Sequence record: PQ416618.1
Length of the DNA: 64,000 nt
Direction: 5' to 3' (one strand)
Source of the DNA: Escherichia phage vB_VIPECOMC06
The notes under the pieces were generated by a model, which saw only the letters and a program-made list of their open reading frames with translations, was not told the DNA's origin and searched no databases. Below are positions 54,350-62,438 of this stretch, one piece after another. Made by a program: the position numbers and the translations under genes. Position 1 is the stretch's first letter; each line of letters begins with the position of its first letter.

Positions 54350-54550
54350 ATGATGCCTATTCCCGATGCACACGAAAAAAGTTGGGAATATATCGGTGAC
54401 GGAATGGTGGAAGAAGTTGTTCGTCCAAAAACAAAACAGGTTAATGTTTCAAGCTCTTCAAGTTATAATCATTCATACGTATCGTCTTGGCCCGGTGATT
54501 CTGGGTCAAGTTATTCTGATTGTGGTTCAAGCTCAGGGAGCTGCGAATGA
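54350..54550 (+). CDS. hypothetical Ser-rich protein (~66 aa)
   Basis: ATG at 54350; Ser-rich C-terminus. Confidence 0.35.
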   Translation: MMPIPDAHEKSWEYIGDGMVEEVVRPKTKQVNVSSSSSYNHSYVSSWPGDSGSSYSDCGSSSGSCE

Positions 54551-54726
54551 ACAGAGTGATAAGATGGTTTAAAAGCTGGGACGATGGTGTCGGTCCGGAA
54601 GATTGGCTGGATGTTCTTGAAGAGAATATGGCTAAAGAATTCCAGAAACACGAAGAGAAGCTCATCGAAGATGAAGGCGAACGTATTGTAAAACTTTATA
54701 TGGGTGAACCATTGAGGAAATTATAA
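54547..54726 (+). CDS. hypothetical protein (~59 aa)
   Basis: ATGA coupling. Confidence 0.35.
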   Translation: MNRVIRWFKSWDDGVGPEDWLDVLEENMAKEFQKHEEKLIEDEGERIVKLYMGEPLRKL

Positions 54727-55190
54727 TGGATGCTATGTTATTTAAAATGTATTTGCTTGAAGCCAAGTCGTTTAAACATATACCAGTAGAAGATAAGACT
54801 CCACTAGAAATAGCTATTCTCATTAACAAAAGTCTAAATAATCCGCAATATATCGTAGAAGAATTCTGTAAATTGCAGATTCCTAAAGGTTACAAAATTC
54901 GTGTAGAGCGAGTTGGAGCTATTACTCATTCTAAAAATTCTCCGTTTAGTCTTGAAGAAGGCATAAAGGACTTAGGTTATGAATCTACGGAAAATGCCGT
55001 TTATGTTAATCCTGAAAAGCGTTTAGATTTGTTTGAAAAGCGAGACCATAAGTATTTTGCTAAAAAATACTTTATTACATCATTAGCAGATTTAACCCAT
55101 TTGCAACGAGCTATTTGGAAATTTTTTAAGACAAAAGGTGTATCGCTAGAAACATTCTCTGAACCTGCTAGTTTTTATCTCGGTGAATAA
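54726..55190 (+). CDS. hypothetical protein (154 aa)
   Basis: TAATG coupling. Confidence 0.45.
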   Translation: MDAMLFKMYLLEAKSFKHIPVEDKTPLEIAILINKSLNNPQYIVEEFCKLQIPKGYKIRVERVGAITHSKNSPFSLEEGIKDLGYESTENAVYVNPEKRLDLFEKRDHKYFAKKYFITSLADLTHLQRAIWKFFKTKGVSLETFSEPASFYLGE

Positions 55191-55191
55191 T

Positions 55192-55371
55192 ATGGACTTG
55201 ATGAGTATGTTTGATGAGCCTGAAGTTGAGGCTCCTAAAGTGCATCGTAGTGAACTTGTTGATGAACTAGATAGTATTATACAACGTCACGGCTTTAGTT
55301 TACCTGTTGAAGCCCTGAAAGACCTTGCCTCTTATTATGATGACCCTCCACCATGGAGTCCTTGGAAATGA
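55192..55371 (+). CDS. hypothetical acidic protein (~59 aa)
   Basis: ATG at 55192. Confidence 0.35.
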   Translation: MDLMSMFDEPEVEAPKVHRSELVDELDSIIQRHGFSLPVEALKDLASYYDDPPPWSPWK

Positions 55372-55532
55372 AAGAGAAATTTAAAGAGAAATTCTTACTA
55401 GAAATCAAGGAAAAAGACTTTGAGACATGGTATCGAATGGTGAAAGGGTTGACATTGCTTTTTAAAGCATCGTTATTCATGTTAGAACAACCTGGACCTG
55501 ATGGACCTTTAGTAGGAAAGCTTAAAAAGTAG
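55368..55532 (+). CDS. hypothetical small protein (54 aa)
   Basis: ATGA coupling; below track cutoff. Confidence 0.3.
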   Translation: MKEKFKEKFLLEIKEKDFETWYRMVKGLTLLFKASLFMLEQPGPDGPLVGKLKK

Positions 55533-55560
55533 TTTACATTCCCTCCTCTCGTGTTATGAT
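55532..55560 (+). promoter_or_regulatory. early promoter
   Basis: GTTTAC, 17-bp spacer, TGTTATGAT. Confidence 0.5.
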
Positions 55561-55660
55561 AGGCTTATCTTTAAATGGAGGTCTATCATGACATGTCAAT
55601 CTGAACTTCAAGAACGCGAATACCTAACAAAATCATTCATTTAAAAATATTGAATTTTTA

Positions 55661-55690
55661 GTGTACAATCTCTTCCGATGATGATACTAT
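55661..55690 (+). promoter_or_regulatory. early promoter variant upstream of the ART gene
   Basis: GTGTAC, TGATACTAT. Confidence 0.45.
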
Positions 55691-55718
55691 ACCTTTATCA
55701 ACCATAGGAGAAACCTAA

Positions 55719-56327
55719 ATGTTTATGCCGTATAATGAATGTGAAATTGAAGAAATGGTTCGTCGTGCTCAATGCCCGGACTATCAGGATGAACTTCAGT
55801 ACAAAATAGATGAGCAATTCAGTGACATTGAACAAAGTGTACTGTGGCAATGTATGGAAAACAAGCCAGACAGCATCCAACAAGATTTAAGTGCAATTGT
55901 TCGTAGAAATTGGTCTTCTTCTGTTCCTGAGACAATGTATCGTGGAATCTCTAAGAAAACTATGGCCACACTCGATGATAAAGGCATTGGTAGTATTATT
56001 AAATTTGACAGAGTAATGAGCTTCAGCCCAGTGTTCAGTGTAGCACGTAACTTCGCTTCATATAATTTTTATGGAACATTTAATATGTTCTGCATCAAAG
56101 ATGCACCATTTGCTTTCAACTTCCGTGAACATATGCTTAACATGATTCTGGCTGCACCATCTTGCGAGTTCAATGGAGCTTTCCCTGAAGCTACAAGACG
56201 GTCTAATGCTAGACTTATATCTGACGAATGTGAATTTATGCTCCCTATAGGGACTACACTGCGTGTAGATTCTATTATTCAAGATGGACGTTATACAATC
56301 TGGAATCTGTCTATTGTAGGTTACTGA
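55719..56327 (+). CDS. ADP-ribosyltransferase (T4 ModA/ModB-like)
   Basis: ART triad-like elements: Arg in YRGIS, S-x-S in FSPVFSV, ExE in SDECEFM; ~200 aa; locus between soc and dda as T4 mod genes. Confidence 0.55.
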   Translation: MFMPYNECEIEEMVRRAQCPDYQDELQYKIDEQFSDIEQSVLWQCMENKPDSIQQDLSAIVRRNWSSSVPETMYRGISKKTMATLDDKGIGSIIKFDRVMSFSPVFSVARNFASYNFYGTFNMFCIKDAPFAFNFREHMLNMILAAPSCEFNGAFPEATRRSNARLISDECEFMLPIGTTLRVDSIIQDGRYTIWNLSIVGY

Positions 56328-56401
56328 CTGGATTGGAATAACCAGATGGAACTCAGAACCATTATAACACATAAAAAATTAAAGCATTTTACGAAAAAAG
56401 A

Positions 56402-56430
56402 GTGTACACTACCTGAGGGCATGATATTAT
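56402..56430 (+). promoter_or_regulatory. early promoter variant
   Basis: GTGTAC, 17-bp spacer, TGATATTAT. Confidence 0.45.
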
Positions 56431-56479
56431 AAGCTTATCAGCTAAACGACCTAACGTCCGTAAGACAGAGGAAAATATT

Positions 56480-57226
56480 ATGTTATCAAATAATAAAATT
56501 AACAAAATCAATCGTCGTCTTGACCACACCAGAGCTTCTGCGAAGAGACGCTCTAAGGATTTTAACTTAGACTTTAATTACCTTAAAAACATTCTTGATC
56601 AAAAGGTCTGCGCTTACTCAGGTGAATCTTTCAATAACTCTGTTGAAGGTGAGAAATTATCCTTAGAACGTTTTAATAATGATATAGGCTACATTAAAGG
56701 TAATGTTATCCCAGTTAAGAAAAAATATAACACGGCTCGTTCTGATTTAACATTAGAAGAGCTTATTGAGAAACGTGATGCCATTGCAAGACGTATCGCT
56801 AATCCTTCTGCCCGTAAAGTAGAGAAACTTAACCTCGACGAGAAGAAATGGGCCCAAATTAAAAAGGTTTATGGTACTATTTTAAAAATCCGAGCAAAAC
56901 GTGAAAATCGTGTTAAGCATATGGCGAACATGATGAAAAATCAACCTTTATCTAACGAATCTAAACTTAGAATTGTTGCTTTGAAAGCACGCATTAATGG
57001 CTCACATCAAGCAGAAGGCCATGAACTTACTAAACTCAACGTTCTTCTTAAAGGCTCTGACTGGAAAACTAAAACTAAATTAACTGACGCTGAATCGCTT
57101 TTCGATACATATGATAAAGTTATCCAAGGTCTGCAACGTTTTGAAAAGATCGGTTTCATTGGTAAATTAAAATTGAAACGTGGCTTACCACTTAGCGCAT
57201 CATTATTCCAACTGATTAAAGGTTAA
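56480..57226 (+). CDS. hypothetical basic protein (248 aa), possibly Srd-like
   Basis: Position corresponds to T4 srd (upstream of dda.1/dda); assignment is positional only. Confidence 0.4.
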   Translation: MLSNNKINKINRRLDHTRASAKRRSKDFNLDFNYLKNILDQKVCAYSGESFNNSVEGEKLSLERFNNDIGYIKGNVIPVKKKYNTARSDLTLEELIEKRDAIARRIANPSARKVEKLNLDEKKWAQIKKVYGTILKIRAKRENRVKHMANMMKNQPLSNESKLRIVALKARINGSHQAEGHELTKLNVLLKGSDWKTKTKLTDAESLFDTYDKVIQGLQRFEKIGFIGKLKLKRGLPLSASLFQLIKG

Positions 57227-57228
57227 TT

Positions 57229-57540
57229 ATGGTTTATGTATATGCAATAGTTTATCGAGATATGGAAGGATTTACTGTCCCGGTTCCACTTGATGAGCAT
57301 CGTCCTGCAGTATTTTTTAGAAAGGATATTGCAGATAAAGTTTTCGATACTTTGAAAACACAGTATAAAACAGATTTAAAAATGGGAGTTCTAAGAATGG
57401 TCGAAACTCCGCGTAAGTTCTGGTTTAATAAGCTTGAAATGAAACACGTTAAACTGGATGCGGAGACGCAAAAATTGTATCAACGAATCCTGGACACAGG
57501 CCGTATTGTTAGTATTCCAATTGCAGGGACTTTACGATGA
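57229..57540 (+). CDS. hypothetical protein (103 aa)
   Basis: Immediately upstream of dda, ATGA-coupled. Confidence 0.45.
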   Translation: MVYVYAIVYRDMEGFTVPVPLDEHRPAVFFRKDIADKVFDTLKTQYKTDLKMGVLRMVETPRKFWFNKLEMKHVKLDAETQKLYQRILDTGRIVSIPIAGTLR

Positions 57541-58850
57541 CATTTGATGATTTGACTGAAGGCCAGAAAAACGCCTTCAACGTTGTTATGAACGCTATTA
57601 AAGAAAAGAAACATCACGTAACTATTAATGGGCCTGCTGGTACAGGTAAAACAACCCTTACTAGATTCATCGTTGAAGCCCTTATTTCTTCTGGAGAATC
57701 AGGTATTATTTTAGCAGCCCCTACACATGCCGCTAAAAAGGTTCTAAGCAAACTTGCTGGACAAGAAGCATCGACTATTCATAGCATTCTTAAAATCAAC
57801 CCAACTACATACGAAGAAAACGTATTGTTTGAACAGAAAAAGGTTCCCGACTTAGCCTTGTGCCGTGTACTGTTATTTGATGAAGCATCAATGTGCGACC
57901 GTTCTCTGTTTAAAATAATGTTAGCTAGTATCCCTAAATGGTGTACAGTAATTGGAATCGGCGACCGATGCCAGATTCGTCCAGTAGACCCAGGCGAATC
58001 AACTGCGTATCTAAGTCCTTTCTTCACTCACAAAGACTTCGTGCAATGCAACCTTACAGAAGTTAAACGTAGCAATGCGCCAATTATTGATGTTGCGACT
58101 GATATTCGTAATGGCAAATGGATTTATGATAAAGTAGTTGATGGACATGGTGTTCATGGATATACAGACCTTAAATCGTATATGATGAACTATTTTAATG
58201 TCGTTAAAACTCCTGAAGACCTTTTCGAAAATCGAATGATGGCATTCACAAATAAGTCGGTGGACAAGTTAAATTCAATTATTCGCCGAAAACTTCTTGA
58301 AACAGAAAAACCATTTATTAAAGACGAAGTCATTGTTCTACAAGAGCCATTTACTAAGACATATAAGCTAGATGGTAAAAATATGACCGAAATGCTTTTC
58401 AATAACGGTCAATTCGTTCGTATTCGAGATGCTGTAGAAACGTCTACATTCGTTAAAGCACGTGGTGTTTCGGGCGAATATATGATACGATACTGGAATC
58501 TTACAGTAGAAACATATGGGGATGATGAAGAATACATCCGTGAAGATATAAAGGTTATTTCTTCTGAAGAAGAGCTTTATAAATTCAATTTGTTTTTGGC
58601 TAAGACAGCAGAAACATACAAATTCTGGAATAAAGGTGGTAAAGCTCCATGGAGCGAATTCTGGGATGCTAAACGTATGTTCACTAAGGTGAAGGCACTA
58701 CCAGTATCAACCTTCCATAAGGCTCAGGGTATGTCTGTTGACACGGCCTTTGTTTATACACCGTGTATCCATTATGCCGATTCAGAATTAGCTAAACAGT
58801 TATTGTATGTCGGCACAACTCGTGGCCGGTTTGACGTCCATTTTATTTGA
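57537..58850 (+). CDS. dda: SF1 DNA helicase Dda
   Basis: Walker A GPAGTGKTT, Walker B LFDEASM, C-terminal YVGTTRG; 437 aa. Confidence 0.9.
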   Translation: MTFDDLTEGQKNAFNVVMNAIKEKKHHVTINGPAGTGKTTLTRFIVEALISSGESGIILAAPTHAAKKVLSKLAGQEASTIHSILKINPTTYEENVLFEQKKVPDLALCRVLLFDEASMCDRSLFKIMLASIPKWCTVIGIGDRCQIRPVDPGESTAYLSPFFTHKDFVQCNLTEVKRSNAPIIDVATDIRNGKWIYDKVVDGHGVHGYTDLKSYMMNYFNVVKTPEDLFENRMMAFTNKSVDKLNSIIRRKLLETEKPFIKDEVIVLQEPFTKTYKLDGKNMTEMLFNNGQFVRIRDAVETSTFVKARGVSGEYMIRYWNLTVETYGDDEEYIREDIKVISSEEELYKFNLFLAKTAETYKFWNKGGKAPWSEFWDAKRMFTKVKALPVSTFHKAQGMSVDTAFVYTPCIHYADSELAKQLLYVGTTRGRFDVHFI

Positions 58851-58859
58851 GAGAAAATT

Positions 58860-59537
58860 ATGAGCACTGATGTTATTATAGATTTTGAAACATTCGGCAA
58901 TACATCAAAAGCGGCTGTTATTGACCTTGCGGTTATTGCATATAATTCCGGCCCTGAAGTTGTTGAATCATTTGAAGAACTTGTTCAACGAGGTAAGCGA
59001 ATTAAATTTAATTTAGCTTCTCAGAAAGGGAAGCGAGTTTTCGCTAAATCCACTATGAAATGGTGGAAAGAACAATCGGCTGAAGCACGTAAAAACTTGG
59101 CTCCGTCTGAAGACGATGTCACTACGCTTGAAGGCATTAAAATCTTTTTAGATTATTGTCGAGCTAATAAAGTTGACCAATGGAAATCACAGATGTGGTG
59201 CCGTGGTATGAGCTTTGACTTCCCGATCTTGGTCGATTTGATTCGTGACCTCTATCGTGATGAAGGTGTTCTTGAACCAGATATTGATACTGATAAATTA
59301 GAACCGGTTAAATTCTGGGCTCAACGTGATATTCGTACGGCAATCGAAGCTTACTCGTTGACACGAGGATTAAGTATGTGTCCATTACCGATGGGTACGC
59401 TAAAAGGATTCATTGCCCATGATAGTATTCATGATTGTGCTAAAGATATTTTGATGTTAAAATATGCTCAGCGTTATGCGCTTGGCCTTGAAGATGTCCC
59501 TGAGAATCCTGACCCGTTAAGTGTAAAACAGCGATAA
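58860..59537 (+). CDS. dexA: exonuclease A (DEDD-type)
   Basis: N-terminal IIDFETFG exonuclease motif; 225 aa; adjacent to dda as in T4. Confidence 0.85.
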   Translation: MSTDVIIDFETFGNTSKAAVIDLAVIAYNSGPEVVESFEELVQRGKRIKFNLASQKGKRVFAKSTMKWWKEQSAEARKNLAPSEDDVTTLEGIKIFLDYCRANKVDQWKSQMWCRGMSFDFPILVDLIRDLYRDEGVLEPDIDTDKLEPVKFWAQRDIRTAIEAYSLTRGLSMCPLPMGTLKGFIAHDSIHDCAKDILMLKYAQRYALGLEDVPENPDPLSVKQR

Positions 59538-59542
59538 AACCA

Positions 59543-59572
59543 GTTTACAACCAAGGATGGTTGGAGTATAAT
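59543..59572 (+). promoter_or_regulatory. repeated promoter cassette (copy 3)
   Basis: GTTTAC, CAACCAAGGATGGTTGG, TATAAT; same sequence as at 18986. Confidence 0.6.
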
Positions 59573-59601
59573 GAATTCAATTAAACAAAGAGAGAGAAAT
59601 T

Positions 59602-60057
59602 ATGATTACTATTGGTGAAATTAAGTATGTATCGCCTGTATCTCGTTCTAAAGCTGCAGGACGATTGGTTGAAGTGGTGGGACTTCGCACAAATGGCATG
59701 GGACGCATTAAAGAAGTTAAAGTTCGAATCATTCATAACTCCGGGCAAAAAGATGTTCAGTTCGCTTATGTAAGTCCTAAATTCTTGGAAACTCCTGCGA
59801 GCGCTCATTCTGCTTCTACCGAACCTAATGTACAGTTCAAATGGGCCCTTTGCAAAGGCGTTGAATTTATAACCGATAAAGAATTTGATTACATCGACGA
59901 ATACGGTTATCCAAGCAAAACTGATACTATGTGTGGCTTCATTAGTGACCAATGGGTTGAAGATGGTGAAAAGCTATACAATATCGTATTCTTAGGTGAC
60001 TTCCGAGTTGTTAAAGAATCTGAAATCACTCGCTATGTGTCTCCTCGTAAAGCTTAA
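59602..60057 (+). CDS. hypothetical protein (151 aa), tandem paralog A
   Basis: Shares FKWxLC..GFISDxWVEDGxKLYNIVF with the next ORF. Confidence 0.5.
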   Translation: MITIGEIKYVSPVSRSKAAGRLVEVVGLRTNGMGRIKEVKVRIIHNSGQKDVQFAYVSPKFLETPASAHSASTEPNVQFKWALCKGVEFITDKEFDYIDEYGYPSKTDTMCGFISDQWVEDGEKLYNIVFLGDFRVVKESEITRYVSPRKA

Positions 60058-60066
60058 GGAATTATT

Positions 60067-60486
60067 ATGAATATTGTAAATCTCTCTACAGGTGATTACG
60101 TATATGTATCTGTTGCTTCTCACTCTAAAGTTGCCGGGAAGTTGGTTGAAGTTCTTTCTGTGAGTGATCCGGTTTTTGGACGTAACCAAGTTAAAGTTCG
60201 TGATGCTAATGGTAATATTGGTTACGTTAAAAGCCAATTCATTGAACCAGAAGAAAAAGCGTTCAAATGGGGACTATGCAGATCAGTTTCTGTTGAAAAA
60301 GACCATGAATTCACTATTGCTGCGGCAACTGATGGAACACCGTGGAAAACTAAGCAAATCGCCGGATTTATTAGCGACCGTTGGGTAGAAGATGGTGTTA
60401 AGCTTTATAACATCGTTTTCGCTGGACAGTTCATGGTAGTTCCTGAATTCCAAATTAAAAAATATAGCCCAGCTGCTTTCGCATAA
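60067..60486 (+). CDS. hypothetical protein (139 aa), tandem paralog B
   Basis: Paralog of the ORF at 59602. Confidence 0.5.
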   Translation: MNIVNLSTGDYVYVSVASHSKVAGKLVEVLSVSDPVFGRNQVKVRDANGNIGYVKSQFIEPEEKAFKWGLCRSVSVEKDHEFTIAAATDGTPWKTKQIAGFISDRWVEDGVKLYNIVFAGQFMVVPEFQIKKYSPAAFA

Positions 60487-60490
60487 AGTT

Positions 60491-60541
60491 GTTTACTTCT
60501 CCTCCGGTTTTGATATTATAACCATATCAACCAGAGGAGAA
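60491..60541 (+). promoter_or_regulatory. early promoter cassette with SD-pairing inverted repeat
   Basis: GTTTAC, TGATATTAT; TTCTCCTCCGGTT vs AACCAGAGGAGAA (12/13 complementary). Confidence 0.5.
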
Positions 60542-60545
60542 TAAT

Positions 60546-61070
60546 ATGTTAGTTTACCGCGTAGAACGTAGTTTTTGTACTCAACGTGAATCATTACCAG
60601 GAATTGCTATCGAAGATGGTAAAGCCGTCAGAATTTGGGAAACCTCTTGGAATAAAGAACCTCGCTCGCCATACGGTTGGTCGGGCACCGACAACTCTGA
60701 AGAAACATGGGAGTTCCTTGATAAGCATGGAATAATCTCAGGTAACTTCTACCATCACGGCGACAACTATAATGTCCCTAATCGTCCTACAGTAAATGAA
60801 GACAAACTCCTTGAACAAAATATCTTAAGATACCATAGAATTGAGCACACATTTGAATTGAGTGAAGATTGGGCTCAAGGGTTCTATTTTGGATTTGAAA
60901 GTGTTGACGCGGTTTATGCATGGTTTGATGACCAGATGGATGTTGAACTCTTGAAAGCTAAAGGATACTACATCGCGATCTATGAAGCACCTGATTTCAT
61001 CCTCGGAAGTTGTCAATTAATGTTTAGACGTTCATTGGCAGAACAAGTTGATTTTATTTTGCTAAAATGA
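60546..61070 (+). CDS. hypothetical protein (174 aa)
   Basis: SD GAGGAGAA. Confidence 0.45.
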   Translation: MLVYRVERSFCTQRESLPGIAIEDGKAVRIWETSWNKEPRSPYGWSGTDNSEETWEFLDKHGIISGNFYHHGDNYNVPNRPTVNEDKLLEQNILRYHRIEHTFELSEDWAQGFYFGFESVDAVYAWFDDQMDVELLKAKGYYIAIYEAPDFILGSCQLMFRRSLAEQVDFILLK

Positions 61071-61103
61071 TGTACAACAACTACGGTCTATGATACTATA
61101 GAC
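61071..61103 (+). promoter_or_regulatory. early promoter variant with flanking inverted repeat
   Basis: TGTACA, TGATACTAT; GGTCTAT / ATAGACC arms. Confidence 0.45.
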
Positions 61104-61127
61104 CTATCAAAACAAGAGGAGAATATT

Positions 61128-61355
61128 ATGAAACGTCAAATCATTAAAAACGTGACTACTGATTCAAACATCGATGAGTTTGAAGATGTTCTGTTTAATC
61201 CTGATTTAGTTGTTGTACAGAAAAACTGGACCGAATTTTTATGCTACACTGAAGTGGTTTACGTTTATGAAAAACTCGGTGATGAAATGCCTATCTATGG
61301 TATCTTCCGTGAAATCACTGAAAACGGTACAACTTATTGGAAGGAAACTTACTAA
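61128..61355 (+). CDS. hypothetical protein (75 aa)
   Basis: SD AGAGGAGAA. Confidence 0.4.
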   Translation: MKRQIIKNVTTDSNIDEFEDVLFNPDLVVVQKNWTEFLCYTEVVYVYEKLGDEMPIYGIFREITENGTTYWKETY

Positions 61356-61765
61356 TGGCTAATAAATTCCGCGTTAACTCATGGTACCAATTTATAGATA
61401 AACGTGCCCAAGAAGAGTTTATTAAAGACCACACTGATAACGGGATTTATGCACGACGTCTTGGCATGGAACCATTTAAAGTATTAGATGTTGACCATCT
61501 TGGTCGTCCTACTAAAATTGTGACATCTACTGGCACGGTTGGATACGCAACAGGCGGTGATATTCTTGATGAAAACTTTATCTGGCTCTCTACTAGTGAA
61601 GCAGAGTTTTTTGACGAAGTGGGAAATCCATATCAAGCGTCTGAAGAGCAAGATTCTGGTGAACTTGACGAATTGACTGAATTTCCTGTGATGACGATTA
61701 CTATCGAAAATAACGACCAGGCATGGTCTTTGTATCAAATGTTGAAAGCACATTTTAAGGAATAA
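61355..61765 (+). CDS. hypothetical acidic protein (~136 aa)
   Basis: ATG at 61355 overlapping upstream stop (TAATG). Confidence 0.45.
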   Translation: MANKFRVNSWYQFIDKRAQEEFIKDHTDNGIYARRLGMEPFKVLDVDHLGRPTKIVTSTGTVGYATGGDILDENFIWLSTSEAEFFDEVGNPYQASEEQDSGELDELTEFPVMTITIENNDQAWSLYQMLKAHFKE

Positions 61766-61767
61766 TA

Positions 61768-61947
61768 ATGCCGTTATACGACTATAAATGTCAATCTGAA
61801 GATTGTGGTCATGAATATGAAAAAATTAAAAGGATCTCTGAACGAGAAAACGATGTTTGCCCTGAATGTCATCGTCTGTCTACTCGTCGGGTTTCTGCTC
61901 CTAAACATGTAAATGGTGGTTTTTACGACTTACTTAAGAAGGGTTAA
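61768..61947 (+). CDS. FmdB-type zinc-ribbon protein (59 aa)
   Basis: MPLYDYKCQSEDCGHEYE...CPECH; below track cutoff. Confidence 0.4.
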   Translation: MPLYDYKCQSEDCGHEYEKIKRISERENDVCPECHRLSTRRVSAPKHVNGGFYDLLKKG

Positions 61948-61949
61948 TT

Positions 61950-62375
61950 ATGGCTTTTAAAGGTTTTGAAGTTGGTAAGAAATATCGTATTATCAAAGGA
62001 CAGGAAGATAATTTCTTGAGAATGCTTAATACGACTGGTAAACGTCTTAATACTAATCTGCATACTACTTTATTGTCCAAAGATTTTATTGTAGAAGAGA
62101 TGATTGGTTACGGCGTTTCGATTATTGCTGTAGAAGCCGTAGGCGATTATGGCCGAACTATTCATAGTATGCAAGGTGATATTCTGCTTTATGGTGCAGA
62201 ATTTAAATTCTTTGAAGAAGTTCCGGAACCAGATACAGCTGTCGATTTCAAAAAAGGCTCTGTAGAATTTGTTGATGGTTCGGTGATCGTATCAGGTGAT
62301 GTGGTCATTACAGTTAAAAGTGAACAAGGGCGTTTGGCTGCAATTGATGCACTTCAGAAAATTAAATTTAAATAA
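61950..62375 (+). CDS. hypothetical protein (141 aa)
   Basis: Followed by GGGC-TTCG-GCCC-TTTTT terminator. Confidence 0.45.
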   Translation: MAFKGFEVGKKYRIIKGQEDNFLRMLNTTGKRLNTNLHTTLLSKDFIVEEMIGYGVSIIAVEAVGDYGRTIHSMQGDILLYGAEFKFFEEVPEPDTAVDFKKGSVEFVDGSVIVSGDVVITVKSEQGRLAAIDALQKIKFK

Positions 62376-62392
62376 GGGCTTCGGCCCTTTTT
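62376..62392 (+). terminator. rho-independent terminator upstream of gene 39
   Basis: GGGC-TTCG-GCCC followed by TTTTT. Confidence 0.75.
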
Positions 62393-62438
62393 GCTTTAGA
62401 TTTCGGATGATAGAATACCTTCATAACGAGGAGACAAC

